A stretch of 64,000 bases of DNA from an uncultured Candidatus Saccharibacteria bacterium (GCA_964360585.1 CAYHXC010000007.1:3867-67866), one strand, 5' to 3'. Positions 39,494 to 49,457 are shown, numbered from the stretch's first letter. Notes: generated by a model not told the origin, from the letters alone. Numbers and translations: made by a program.

Positions 39494-40719
39494 CAATACC
39501 CGGCAATTTTCATGATCTCCTGCGCGATAATTTGGGCGGCATTCGGAATGTAAAATGAAGCGGATGTCTTTGACATTGTCTCAAGCGTGGCCGCATTTCC
39601 CAAGATGTCCTTAATTTGGTTCATGAAAATGCCGGGCATGAGATTTGTTTGTTCAATGATAATTCCGCCGCCGGACTTGGCGAACTCAAAGGCGTTCAAG
39701 CGTTGATGATCCCGGGCTGATCCGGGAAGCGGAATCACGATCGCTGGTTTTTTAAACGCCGCAATCTCAAAAAGCGAACTGCTGCCGGCGCGACTGATCA
39801 CGAGATCGGCGGCGGTCAAGGCGTTCCGCATATCTTCTGTCTTGAGGAATGCAACAGGATGGTATCGTTTTGGGAGCGCGTCCTTGGTCGAGATCTCAAT
39901 CATGGCCGCGCGCGAAAGTTTTTGCACTTCGGCAAAGTTAGCCGTTCCGGTCTGGTGGATAATCTGGGCAATCTTCGTCATCTCTTCGAGATTGGTCATC
40001 AAAAATTCGTTCAGGGGTTGGGCGCCCTGTGATCCGCCCATCACAAAGATGACCGGTTCTTCGGGATCAAATCCTAAAACATCCTTCGCCGTTTTCTGGG
40101 AAAGTTGATCGGTAAAGAGACCGGGATTGAGGGGGGCGCCAGTCAGGGCCGTTTTTTTCCGGGGGAAGTAGTTTTTTGCCCGATCAAAACTAATTGCAAT
40201 CCGCCGCGCGAAACGTCCGGCGATGGCATTGCTCACTCCCGGAATGGCGTCCGATTCGTGGATCACGATTGGAATGCGGTATAGCCAACCGACGAGCACA
40301 ACCGGCAGTGAACCGGTGCCGCCCTTCGAAAAAATGACGTCGGGCATAAAAAAAAGAAGTTTTACGAGTGCTTGGAACAAACTTACGAAAAAAAACGGAA
40401 TGTCTAAGATATTCCGGACGAATCCATGTCGCCGCCACTTGGCGCCCAGCAAGGAATCAATCTCGATATTTGCCGCCCTTAGAATTTCCACGTACTCGCT
40501 CTCTGGTCCGAGGTAGCGAAGGGTGAGGGAAATTCCCGCCTTGGGTGCGCTCAGGCGGAGCGCTTCAGCCACGGCGAGAAGCGGATTGATATGTCCACCA
40601 CTGCCGCCGCCGGCCAGGACGACGCGCAGTGTCCGTTCCGGACTTTTTCTTTCCGGAGCGACTGACTGCGCTCCGGTTTTCCCATCGACCACTTCTTCGT
40701 AATTGACGTCCTTGAACAT
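39493..40719 (-). CDS. murG: MurG GlcNAc transferase
   Basis: GGGSGGHINP, IHESD, GGSQGA, SRAG, HQ..NA. Confidence 0.95.
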   Translation of the reverse strand: MFKDVNYEEVVDGKTGAQSVAPERKSPERTLRVVLAGGGSGGHINPLLAVAEALRLSAPKAGISLTLRYLGPESEYVEILRAANIEIDSLLGAKWRRHGFVRNILDIPFFFVSLFQALVKLLFFMPDVIFSKGGTGSLPVVLVGWLYRIPIVIHESDAIPGVSNAIAGRFARRIAISFDRAKNYFPRKKTALTGAPLNPGLFTDQLSQKTAKDVLGFDPEEPVIFVMGGSQGAQPLNEFLMTNLEEMTKIAQIIHQTGTANFAEVQKLSRAAMIEISTKDALPKRYHPVAFLKTEDMRNALTAADLVISRAGSSSLFEIAAFKKPAIVIPLPGSARDHQRLNAFEFAKSGGGIIIEQTNLMPGIFMNQIKDILGNAATLETMSKTSASFYIPNAAQIIAQEIMKIAGY

Positions 40720-40731
40720 ATTTTCTTTAGC

Positions 40732-41838
40732 TTAGGAGTATTTCGATATATTCGCAATGATTCCCGCCATCGTCATAAAAACAGCTAAGGCGGTGCCGCC
40801 GAAGCTGATAAAGGGCAGCGGCACGCCGGTTAAAGGAACCACGCCGGAGATGGCCGCCATGTGCATAAAGGCCTGGCCGGCGATAATCGTCCCAAAGCCA
40901 ATCAGAACGAGACGTCCAAAACTATCGCGAAAGTTTTTCGCCAGCCAAAATATTTTTACTATCAGAAATCCAAAAACAACAACCAGTCCGGCGCTCCCGA
41001 TAAAGCCGAGTTCCTGGCCAATGACAGCAAAGATTGAGTCCGCAATCGGATCTGGTAAGAATTTGATCTTGGCTGTCGACTGGCCATAACCAGTACCCAG
41101 GATCTGTCCCGAACCAATCGCAATCAATGACTGATTTAAATGGTAGCCAATTCCTTCTTCGTGGCTCGAGTATTTCAAAAATCCAAAAACCCGTTCAAAT
41201 CGGTATGGCGTTGTAAGAACGAGGAGCGCGAGGCCAAAAGCACCAAGGAGTATGGCGCCAAGAATATATTTCCACGGGGCGCCGTGTAAGAAATACATGA
41301 CCAGACCCGATCCCAAAAGAATCGCCACGGTTGAGGTCGCCGGCTGAAGGATAAGGATGATGCCAATAATGCTTGAGATAACAAGAAAAGGCATAAACCC
41401 CTCGTAGAAATTTTTACCGCGATTCATTTTATTGTTACTCAACCAGGCAGCAAGATAAATGATGTAGGTGATTTTCATTAACTCGGCCGGCTGAAAACTA
41501 ATCGAACCAAACTTCAACCACCGTTCCGCACCACCGCTGGCTAAGCCAAAACTGGTAAAAACCAGAAGGAGGAGTCCTAAGGTCACAAGAAGCAAGGGTA
41601 CTGTCCACTTCTGATAGGTGCGATAGTATATAAAATAGCCCGCAAAGAATCCGATACAACCAATCAAAAGACCGTGGAGCAGCTGGTGTTTGAGATAGTA
41701 GTACGCGTCATCAAATCTGGTCTTGCCGAGATACGACGAGGCGCTGGCGAGCATGACGAGGCCAAAAACAACGAGGAGAAAAAAAGTGGTGATGAGAACA
41801 TAGTCAGGACTGTGTCCGGATTTCCGAAAAGCTTTCAT
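40732..41838 (-). CDS. ftsW: SEDS peptidoglycan polymerase FtsW
   Basis: GAERW, FQPAE, LTGVPLPFISFGG; upstream of murG. Confidence 0.92.
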   Translation of the reverse strand: MKAFRKSGHSPDYVLITTFFLLVVFGLVMLASASSYLGKTRFDDAYYYLKHQLLHGLLIGCIGFFAGYFIYYRTYQKWTVPLLLVTLGLLLLVFTSFGLASGGAERWLKFGSISFQPAELMKITYIIYLAAWLSNNKMNRGKNFYEGFMPFLVISSIIGIILILQPATSTVAILLGSGLVMYFLHGAPWKYILGAILLGAFGLALLVLTTPYRFERVFGFLKYSSHEEGIGYHLNQSLIAIGSGQILGTGYGQSTAKIKFLPDPIADSIFAVIGQELGFIGSAGLVVVFGFLIVKIFWLAKNFRDSFGRLVLIGFGTIIAGQAFMHMAAISGVVPLTGVPLPFISFGGTALAVFMTMAGIIANISKYS

Positions 41839-43349
41839 TGATAGTGAGAACGGTGTCGCAGAATTTTGCCGTGGGGCGTCAGATCGAAACTGTGGTTTTC
41901 GAATGCCAGATGACCATTCACGATAGTAAAAAGTATTTCGCCGTTCCGGAAACCAGTCACGTCGGCAAAAAATCCTTCTTTAATCTCCCCTCGCTTTTCA
42001 ATCTGAAAAAGACTGGCTGGTTTTTTGGTAATCCGTTCGATCGCCACTTCAATCGGCATGATTCTTTTTTCCTCGACGAGCGATAGGAATTTCGGAAACG
42101 TTCGGCGTGCCCGCTCTGGTTTCAACATAATCTCGCTTGTCTTCGAGAGGCTGGCGGCATTTGAGGCAATGAGACAACGCGGATGCGTCAGCGCCTCCAT
42201 CAGAAGATCCTGATTGATGCTCTCATAAAACACGGCGGCCCGGAGCTCGGTCGCAATCATGACTTTGATCAGAGCTTCTTTATAATCATCGACGCCGTAG
42301 AGTTCCATACAGTCGCGAATCGATCGTCCGACTAAAACATCGTTTTTATCGGCGCGCGAGATGATAATTTTTTCCGGATCAATATCAGTTATTTCTTTCT
42401 GCACCTTGCTTCGCAACCAGTCATCGGTCAGATTTTCATACATCTCGGACAAGCCGCCCTGTTTCGCCCAGTCCGGCAGGAAGTAATAAATTGGAAGTAT
42501 GCGGATCGGGAACGGTGAAAGATCAAAATACATCTCGCTGGCCGGGTCGAGGTTGCGTAACTTTTCGAGGCCAGAACGGTAGAGATCTTCTTCCCCAAGA
42601 ACCGGAATGAAGTGGCTAATAATCGTCTTTACGCCGGTATTTCGGTGCAGGGTGATGGCCTCATCAATTGGCTCGGCCACGCCGCCGGCGCGGTCGCGTA
42701 GATGGGTGGTGTAGACACCTTCCTGTTTCTTGACGATCTTAGCCAGCTCCTCAAGCTCTAATGGCGAGGTGGCGGCGCTATGGACATAACTTAAACCCGT
42801 CGAGAGTCCGGCTCCGCCCTGTCGCATGGCTTTGGCGAGAACATGGGTAAAAACGTCAACCTCTTTGGCGGTCAGGTTTCGCGCCTCCTCGCCGACAATA
42901 TCCCGACGAATAGTCGAGTGGCCGACAAGGGTAGCAAAGTTTACCCCCAAGGGGTGCTTCTCCAGAAACGCGAGGAGTTCCGCGACTTCATGCCAGTTAA
43001 CGTTGATCTTCGTCGTATCCGTCCATTTACGGAGCGAGTCCAAACGGCCGTAGATAAGTGGCGCGAGCGATGAACCGCACTGGCCGCCGATAATTGTGGT
43101 CACGCCCTGGCGCAAAAAATCCTCCTGGAGCGGATCGGAGAATACCGAGAGATAGTGGTCGGAGTCGGTATTAACGTCGATAAAACCCGGACTCACGTAA
43201 CAGCCCTGGGCGTCAATAACCTTGTCGGCGATTTTCGCGGAAAAACTGCCGATGGCCGAAATTTTATCGCCGCTGATAAAAATATCGGACCTATCAGTCA
43301 GTCGCTCTCCACCAGAAAAAATCTGCGCACCTTTGATCAAGATGGTCAT
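41835..43349 (-). CDS. N-acyl-D-amino-acid deacylase family amidohydrolase (altered metal ligands)
   Basis: PGFID, QGVTT..GQCGSS, GLSTGL.Y, HLR, RG.IKEG.FAD. Confidence 0.8.
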   Translation of the reverse strand: MTILIKGAQIFSGGERLTDRSDIFISGDKISAIGSFSAKIADKVIDAQGCYVSPGFIDVNTDSDHYLSVFSDPLQEDFLRQGVTTIIGGQCGSSLAPLIYGRLDSLRKWTDTTKINVNWHEVAELLAFLEKHPLGVNFATLVGHSTIRRDIVGEEARNLTAKEVDVFTHVLAKAMRQGGAGLSTGLSYVHSAATSPLELEELAKIVKKQEGVYTTHLRDRAGGVAEPIDEAITLHRNTGVKTIISHFIPVLGEEDLYRSGLEKLRNLDPASEMYFDLSPFPIRILPIYYFLPDWAKQGGLSEMYENLTDDWLRSKVQKEITDIDPEKIIISRADKNDVLVGRSIRDCMELYGVDDYKEALIKVMIATELRAAVFYESINQDLLMEALTHPRCLIASNAASLSKTSEIMLKPERARRTFPKFLSLVEEKRIMPIEVAIERITKKPASLFQIEKRGEIKEGFFADVTGFRNGEILFTIVNGHLAFENHSFDLTPHGKILRHRSHYQ

Positions 43350-43398
43350 CCCTTCTTATTATAGAACGTCCCGCTTTTAAAATGAATGCCTCGTTTTA

Positions 43399-44484
43399 CT
43401 AGAAGGCGAGATTCTGTACTTCACGAACCGTAAGAACAAGCATGAGGAGGATAAGAAGGCTGATGCCGGTCGTATTGATAACGAGTTTTGTCTTCGTACG
43501 GATGGCACTTCCCTTTAGCTTCTCAATAAAGATGAAAAGGAGATGTCCGCCATCCAAAGCCGGGAACGGAATGGCGTTTAAGACCGCGAGATTCAAGGAA
43601 ATAACACTCATCAAATGGAGAAGGTAGATGAGATTTATCTTTCCGGTCTCCTGGGCAAAGCGGAATATGCCCACTGGTCCAACCACGTCCTCGGGAATGC
43701 TGGCCTTAAAAAATATGTCACGAAGAAGGTTCGCCAGTCCCTGGACCGTCAAAACGACAATGACAACCGCCTGCTCAAACGATCGCCGGATGGCTTCAAA
43801 AAAACCCTGTCGCGGAATACCAATCGCCGTAAAACGGATGCCAAGCGTGCCTTGGTTCGGCTCGGGCATGGTTCGAAGCGTAACGGGGATAAGAACTTTC
43901 TTGCCGTCTGTTTCAACGAAAAGCTGGATCTCCCGTCCTTTATGCTGATCCACGAATTGCGAGAAGTCGTGCGCTAGTGATTCTCCATTTTCGATGGCGG
44001 TTTCTGCGGTCGTGACCGTTTCTCCAAATCCCATAATTACCTCTCCTTGCTTCAGTCCTGCAATTTCGGCCGGACTCCCCTTCTCCACATCGCCAATCGC
44101 AATTCCTTGCGGCGTGCCAATCAAGAAGACGGTGGTTAAAATGAGCCAGCCGAGCAGAAAATTCATGGCAATGCCCGCTCCGATTACGACCGCCCGTTTC
44201 CACGGCTTCTGAAACGTAAAAAGACGTTTTTTCTCCTCCGCTGAAAGATGTTTCAGGTCTTCCTCATTCTCCCCTTCGCCCGCAATTTTCACGAAACCGC
44301 CCAGCGGCAATACGTTAAAACTATACACCGTCTCACCCTTTCGTTTGGAAAATAATCGCGGTGGAAAACCAACACCGAACTCCTCTACTTTAAGGTGAAA
44401 TTTTTTAGCCGCCCAAAAATGTCCCCATTCGTGCGCCACAATTAAAACCGCGATCCCCAAAATGGTTGCGAGGGTAATGAGCAT
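43399..44484 (-). CDS. rseP: site-2 intramembrane metalloprotease with PDZ
   Basis: HEWGH, PLGGFV, N..P.PALDGG. Confidence 0.93.
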   Translation of the reverse strand: MLITLATILGIAVLIVAHEWGHFWAAKKFHLKVEEFGVGFPPRLFSKRKGETVYSFNVLPLGGFVKIAGEGENEEDLKHLSAEEKKRLFTFQKPWKRAVVIGAGIAMNFLLGWLILTTVFLIGTPQGIAIGDVEKGSPAEIAGLKQGEVIMGFGETVTTAETAIENGESLAHDFSQFVDQHKGREIQLFVETDGKKVLIPVTLRTMPEPNQGTLGIRFTAIGIPRQGFFEAIRRSFEQAVVIVVLTVQGLANLLRDIFFKASIPEDVVGPVGIFRFAQETGKINLIYLLHLMSVISLNLAVLNAIPFPALDGGHLLFIFIEKLKGSAIRTKTKLVINTTGISLLILLMLVLTVREVQNLAF

Positions 44485-44487
44485 TGA

Positions 44488-45045
44488 TTAGACGGAAAGT
44501 TCCTGAATTTTCTTTTCAAGCACTGCATCAATATCTTTATTGGCGTCATCGGTCACTTTTTGGATTTTTTCCTTCGCCCGAAATAACTGATCCTCGCTTA
44601 TTGTTTTCTGGCCTTCGATAATTTTTATTTTTTTATTGGCGTCGTCCCGAAGCGTCCGAATGGCGATGCGCGTTTCCTCGCTCATCTTTTTTACCGTTTT
44701 CCCAAGTTCCACGCGCCGTTCGTCAGTGAGTGGCGGAAGGAAGGCTCGGATAGTACGTTCGTCGCGCTGAACACTCAAACCCAGCTTGGCGTCCTCGATT
44801 GCTTTGATGACGCCGGAAATAACCTGCTCATCCCAGACCTGGACAACAATTTCCCGCGGCGGTTTGATACTCAATGATCCTAACTGCTTAATCGGGAGCT
44901 TCTGATCAAAATACATAACCATGATATTTTCGATCATTTCCGGCGAGGGTCGGTTGGTACGGATACCGGAAATATCCTGTTTTAGCTTCTCTCGCCGCTC
45001 GTCGAGGCGACCCGTGAGCTCTTCTATGATGACGTCTGTTTCCAT
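44488..45045 (-). CDS. frr: ribosome recycling factor
   Basis: IRTNR, PPLTDERR, RIAIR..RD. Confidence 0.95.
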   Translation of the reverse strand: METDVIIEELTGRLDERREKLKQDISGIRTNRPSPEMIENIMVMYFDQKLPIKQLGSLSIKPPREIVVQVWDEQVISGVIKAIEDAKLGLSVQRDERTIRAFLPPLTDERRVELGKTVKKMSEETRIAIRTLRDDANKKIKIIEGQKTISEDQLFRAKEKIQKVTDDANKDIDAVLEKKIQELSV

Positions 45046-45048
45046 TGA

Positions 45049-45858
45049 TTAAGAAAAAATGCTTTCTAATTGTAACCGAGGATTGAGATTCAGAGTAGCC
45101 AAGCCCCGTTTCACCTGGAGGAGCTTGAGTATGAGCCCCGTATTCTCCTTTGACTCGGCATAGGTGAGAACAAGAATAGCGTCTATTAGTCGGAGCGGGT
45201 CCTCCTCGTTATCGAGATACTCCTTGGTCAGTTTCTTCCGACTTTCGGCTGAAGCAGTTCTCATTTTCTTAGCTGTTTCAGCATAACCGCTCGCCTCTCC
45301 GAGAAGTTCGCGGAGTTTTCCGGGCGATCCGTTTGAAGCGCGGAGAAAAACATTTTTTTCTTTCGCGCTAAATTTCTCCGGTAGAAGAAGCGAGAGATCT
45401 TTCTCGCTTACTCTCGGAAAATATATTTTTTGGAACCGTGAGATGAGCGTTGGAAGAAGCGTTTCTGGATTCATGACGATGAGGATGAGGAGGCTGTTCG
45501 CTGGCGGTTCTTCGGAAATTTTGAGAAGCGCGTTTTGCGCCTGCGGTGTAAGGCAGTCGGCCTGATCAATAATAACCGTTCGTTTTTGACCGGCAATTGG
45601 CGTTTCGCTTAAGTACCACTTAATTCTTCGGGCGGTTTCTATGCCAATCGTTCCATTTTGAGGAGTAACGAGAAGCGTGTCCTGCAGAATCTGACTCGAA
45701 AGATCAAACGGCCGTCCCTCGAGATAATGGGCCAAGGCTTCAGCGCAGGTTCGTTTCCCGATACCTTCTTCTCCGAAGAATAAGTAGCTCGATGCCAGGG
45801 CTTGATTCTTGACGAGTCCTTGAATGAGATTGATCCGGATCGAATGACCAACAATCAT
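45049..45858 (-). CDS. holB: DNA polymerase III delta' subunit
   Basis: YLFFG..GIGK, AQNALLK..EEP, LLPT.ISR. Confidence 0.9.
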   Translation of the reverse strand: MIVGHSIRINLIQGLVKNQALASSYLFFGEEGIGKRTCAEALAHYLEGRPFDLSSQILQDTLLVTPQNGTIGIETARRIKWYLSETPIAGQKRTVIIDQADCLTPQAQNALLKISEEPPANSLLILIVMNPETLLPTLISRFQKIYFPRVSEKDLSLLLPEKFSAKEKNVFLRASNGSPGKLRELLGEASGYAETAKKMRTASAESRKKLTKEYLDNEEDPLRLIDAILVLTYAESKENTGLILKLLQVKRGLATLNLNPRLQLESIFS

Positions 45859-45861
45859 AGC

Positions 45862-46881
45862 TTAAGCGCGCAGATCGTGTTTTGTAAGAAGGGTTCGCTT
45901 GTAGGCATCGAGGTGATTCAGAATAAGACCGGTGCCGCGCGCCACGCAGAGCAGTGGATGTTCGGCCACATACACCGAAACACCAAGAAATCTTTTTAAA
46001 AACTCATCGAGATAGTGAAGCTGAGAACTGCCGCCGGAGATAATAATCCCCTTTTCCATCACGTCAGCCACGAGTTCCGGCGGGGTTTCATTAAACACAC
46101 TCTGCACTGAACTGGCGATCTCAATCAGATGCGGATGGAGCGCTTCGGCCACATCGTTTGAGGTGACGAGGACATCCTTCGGCAGTCCTGACGACAGATC
46201 ACGGCCCCGCACCTGCATCGCCATTTTTTCCTTAATCGGCAAAGCTGAACCAATTTCGATTTTGACGGCTTCGGCGGTCTGTTCGCCAATCGCCAGATCG
46301 TACTTCTTTTTTACATGATCAATAATGGCCTGATCGAATTTGTCGCCGGCAATGCGGAGGCTCGTCCAGGAAACGATACTTCCTAAAGCAATAATCGCCA
46401 CTTCGGACGTGCCGCCGCCGATATTTACAATCATGCTTCCCGAACGAGCATTGATCGGAATACCCGCTCCCAAGGCCGCCAAGATCGGTTCACGAACCAG
46501 AAAAACATCGCGAGCCCCAGCTTCCTTTCCGGCGTTCACCACCGCCCGGCGTTCCGTCTGGGTGATTCCGGCGGGCACGGAGATGATCACTTCCGGTTTT
46601 ACAAAATTAAATCCGCCGACGGCGCGGGAAATGAAGTACTTCAACATTGCCCGAGTAATATAGTAGTCGGCAATGACTCCGTTTTTTAACGGGCGATAGG
46701 CCACGATCTCTTCCGGCGTTCGGCCGATCATTTCTTTGGCCTCGGCGCCAACCGCCAGTACAAAATTCTCCGGTTTGCTTAATGAAACGATGGTCGGCTC
46801 GTTAATAATGAAGCCCTTCCCCGGAACAAAGACGACGGTGTTGGCTGTTCCTAGATCGATGCCGATGCGGCGCGTGAACAT
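45862..46881 (-). CDS. mreB: rod shape-determining protein MreB
   Basis: IGIDLGTANT, EP..AALGAG, IGGGTSE; start at MFTRR. Confidence 0.96.
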   Translation of the reverse strand: MFTRRIGIDLGTANTVVFVPGKGFIINEPTIVSLSKPENFVLAVGAEAKEMIGRTPEEIVAYRPLKNGVIADYYITRAMLKYFISRAVGGFNFVKPEVIISVPAGITQTERRAVVNAGKEAGARDVFLVREPILAALGAGIPINARSGSMIVNIGGGTSEVAIIALGSIVSWTSLRIAGDKFDQAIIDHVKKKYDLAIGEQTAEAVKIEIGSALPIKEKMAMQVRGRDLSSGLPKDVLVTSNDVAEALHPHLIEIASSVQSVFNETPPELVADVMEKGIIISGGSSQLHYLDEFLKRFLGVSVYVAEHPLLCVARGTGLILNHLDAYKRTLLTKHDLRA

Positions 46882-47059
46882 AGCCCTTAATGTACGACGA
46901 AAGCTTAATTGAGGCAAACCAGGAAGTGAAAATTCGATTGAGAATTGCGGGATGCCGCTATCGAATTTCTACTTCCTGGAAAACAAATGAACTGCCACGG
47001 CGTTACCGCCGTGGTTTCCCGTACAGTTCAAGCTGGGCATATAAAAAACCGCGATGTGA

Positions 47060-47413
47060 TCACGGTTTCGATAATAAGGGTACGGTATCGAAAAGCTCAG
47101 TAATTGCCCTTGCAGGGCCGCCATTAGCGGTCCGGGCGCGAGCAAAAAACATATGTGCCATATTGAAAATGTCCCGCCCTTCTGTTTCAGAAGCCTCGAG
47201 CATGTCTGTAACGATAGAATCGACTTTCCCGGTATCGCCTTGAATGGCCAGTGTCCTTGCGAGAACTTTGACAATGCGACCCAATGTATCCGCTGCAGTC
47301 TGGTACCGATACATCTCTGCTTCAAGTTCTTGGGCTCGGGATGTAGCCGCGCTCACCTTACCGCGCTTGCGAATGTTTCTCTGTTCGCGTTTTTGACTTT
47401 TCTTCTCAGTCAC
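47060..47413 (-). CDS. hypothetical protein
   Basis: 117 aa; own TTGACC-17-TATTAT promoter and AAGGAG RBS upstream of GTG. Confidence 0.55.
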   Translation of the reverse strand: MTEKKSQKREQRNIRKRGKVSAATSRAQELEAEMYRYQTAADTLGRIVKVLARTLAIQGDTGKVDSIVTDMLEASETEGRDIFNMAHMFFARARTANGGPARAITELFDTVPLLSKP

Positions 47414-47486
47414 GGGCGTCTCCTTTCATTTAAAAATAGCCGCAATAATAATACTCCACAGCAATTAGCGGTCAAGCCGAGTCTTC

Positions 47487-49010
47487 TTATAGGTTCTTGA
47501 TAATCTTGATGCGAGCGCCCAAAGAGTTCAAGCGGCCGCAGATGTCCTCATAGCCTCGATTGATGGAGTAGGCATTCCGGAGAATTGAAGTGCCTTCGGC
47601 CTGAAGCATGGCAATTAAAATAATAACCGCAGGGCGAAGAGCGGGGGGACAGATCACCTCGGCTCCCTTCAGTTTGGTCGGACCGTCGACGTAGACGCGA
47701 TGTGGGTCGGCAAGTAAAATATTCGCGCCGAGTTTATTCAGTTCCATGTAGTAGATGGCGCGATTTTCATAGACCCAGTCATGAATCAAGGTCGTGCCCT
47801 TCGCCTGCGTGGCAATCGGCACAAAAAATGGCAAATTGTCGATATTTAATCCGGGATAGGGGTGCGCGGCAATTTTATCTTCAAGCGCCACGAGTTTCGA
47901 GGCAAAGGTTTGTATATCGACAAGATTGGCTTGTTCATTCGCGGCCTTGTACCGTTTCAAAATTTTATACTTGAATCCCATCTTCTCAAGTTTGAGCAGC
48001 TCCACTTCCAAGAAATCGATCGGACAACGTCGGATCGTAATTTTGGAATTTGTTGTCGCCGCAATCGAGAGAAAGAGCATGGCTTCAATCGGATCCTCGG
48101 TGGGCGAAAACGTGACTGGTAAAGTTATTTCCGGTTTTCCGTGGATAGTCAATGTAGTCGTTCCAATTCCCTCAATTTTCACCCCGAGCGCAGAGAGATA
48201 AAAGCAAAGATCCTGAACCTGGTAGTTTGCCGAGGCAAACTTGATGACCGTCTTTCCAGCGAGACGAGCCGCTACCATCAGGGCATTCCCCGTCGCTGTG
48301 TCGCTTGATTCGTAGAGAACGATTTCCGTCGGGCGAAGTTTTTTCCGGGAAACTCGATACTGGTTTTTTGCTGTATCGATTTTCACACCAAAATTTTCCA
48401 AAGCATAGAGATGCGGTCGAACTGTACGTTTGCCAAGCTTACATCCTCCTGGATAGGGCAAAGAAAAATTATTTACGAGATGAAGAAGCGGGCCGAGGAG
48501 GAGAATAATACTTCGGGTCCTAATAGCCGCTTCGATGTCCAAGTTTTTAAGCAAAAGCTTCTTCGGCGGAATAACTTCGAGGTCACTTTTCCCGATCCAA
48601 CGAATACTGACGCCGATACTCGAAAGAACTTCGATGATTCGATTTACCTCCTCGATCCGCGGCATATTCTTAAAAACGGTCTTGCCTTGATTCAAGAGCG
48701 AAGCCGAGAGTAAAAAAACGGCCGAATTTTTCGAAGTTTTAACCGTAATTTCTCCCGAGAGTTTTCGTCCGCCCTGGATTTCAAAATTCACGCTTGTATT
48801 TCCCAGGGTAATAATTTCACGATTCAAAATCTGACTGATCTTTGCGAGTAAGTCTGTCGTGAAATTTTGTTCGCCTTTTTCCATCCTGGCTACGGCGCTC
48901 TGACTGGTATGGAGAGCATCGGCCAGGTTTTTTTGGGTAATCCGCCTTTCTTCACGGAGCTCCTGAATAAACTGGCCGATCCGTGACTGTTGACTGTCGT
49001 CTTTGGGCAT
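47487..49010 (-). CDS. murA: XRE-HTH fused UDP-N-acetylglucosamine 1-carboxyvinyltransferase
   Basis: N-terminal HTH (TQ..LA..L.TSQSAVARMEKG), SKNSA, PGGCKLGKR, RGYE. Confidence 0.95.
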   Translation of the reverse strand: MPKDDSQQSRIGQFIQELREERRITQKNLADALHTSQSAVARMEKGEQNFTTDLLAKISQILNREIITLGNTSVNFEIQGGRKLSGEITVKTSKNSAVFLLSASLLNQGKTVFKNMPRIEEVNRIIEVLSSIGVSIRWIGKSDLEVIPPKKLLLKNLDIEAAIRTRSIILLLGPLLHLVNNFSLPYPGGCKLGKRTVRPHLYALENFGVKIDTAKNQYRVSRKKLRPTEIVLYESSDTATGNALMVAARLAGKTVIKFASANYQVQDLCFYLSALGVKIEGIGTTTLTIHGKPEITLPVTFSPTEDPIEAMLFLSIAATTNSKITIRRCPIDFLEVELLKLEKMGFKYKILKRYKAANEQANLVDIQTFASKLVALEDKIAAHPYPGLNIDNLPFFVPIATQAKGTTLIHDWVYENRAIYYMELNKLGANILLADPHRVYVDGPTKLKGAEVICPPALRPAVIILIAMLQAEGTSILRNAYSINRGYEDICGRLNSLGARIKIIKNL

Positions 49011-49016
49011 GGCCAA

Positions 49017-49044
49017 ATAATATATCACATATGATATATTGCAA
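49017..49044 (-). promoter_or_regulatory. murA promoter overlapped by a palindromic operator
   Basis: minus-strand TTGCAA-16-TATTAT; AATATATCA-N4-TGATATATT at 49019-49040. Confidence 0.6.
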
Positions 49045-49103
49045 GGCGAGAAGGACTGTCCCCACCGGATCCTCTTCTTTCCTCCAGCACCGAAATATCC
49101 AGA

Positions 49104-49132
49104 TTGACTTGTTTTTTACGCCCAACTACTGT
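49104..49132 (+). promoter_or_regulatory. sigma70-type promoter of the retron-like unit
   Basis: TTGACT (49104-49109), 17 nt, TACTGT (49127-49132). Confidence 0.65.
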
Positions 49133-49145
49133 GATAAGTAGCTAC

Positions 49146-49431
49146 AGGGCCCGAGCGTGCGCTTTGCAACCACGCTCACCTCAGCCCTCGCTAAGAGGCC
49201 GGAAGTTGGAGTTCGAAGCACTGCTAAGTTCACGGAGCAACGTTCCCTGAGTGACTGTAACCCTCATTACTCATGTAGTGGGGCGGGACTCTCTGACAAG
49301 AGAAATCCCTTATCTGGTCCCGTTCTGTCTCCTCTGGACCGCGTATCGCCGCGGTCGCGATGGTTCAGAACCCTGGACCTCAGTGGCACTTATTTGCAAT
49401 GGAATGGCGCAGGTTGGCTCCAACTTCCGGC
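49146..49431 (+). ncRNA. retron msr-msd-like ncRNA
   Basis: perfect 14-bp inverted repeat GCCGGAAGTTGGAG (49198-49211) / CTCCAACTTCCGGC (49418-49431) enclosing short hairpins and a long hairpin at 49316-49379; directly upstream of the RT. Confidence 0.8.
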
Positions 49432-49457
49432 GCTACTGATCAACGCGGAGGACTGAA

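Noticed and set aside
49157-49456. 99-aa ORF across the RT leader as a possible retron effector
   Set aside because: It has no RBS or leaderless context and no recognisable features, and it coincides with the structured ncRNA. Not fully excluded without homolog data.
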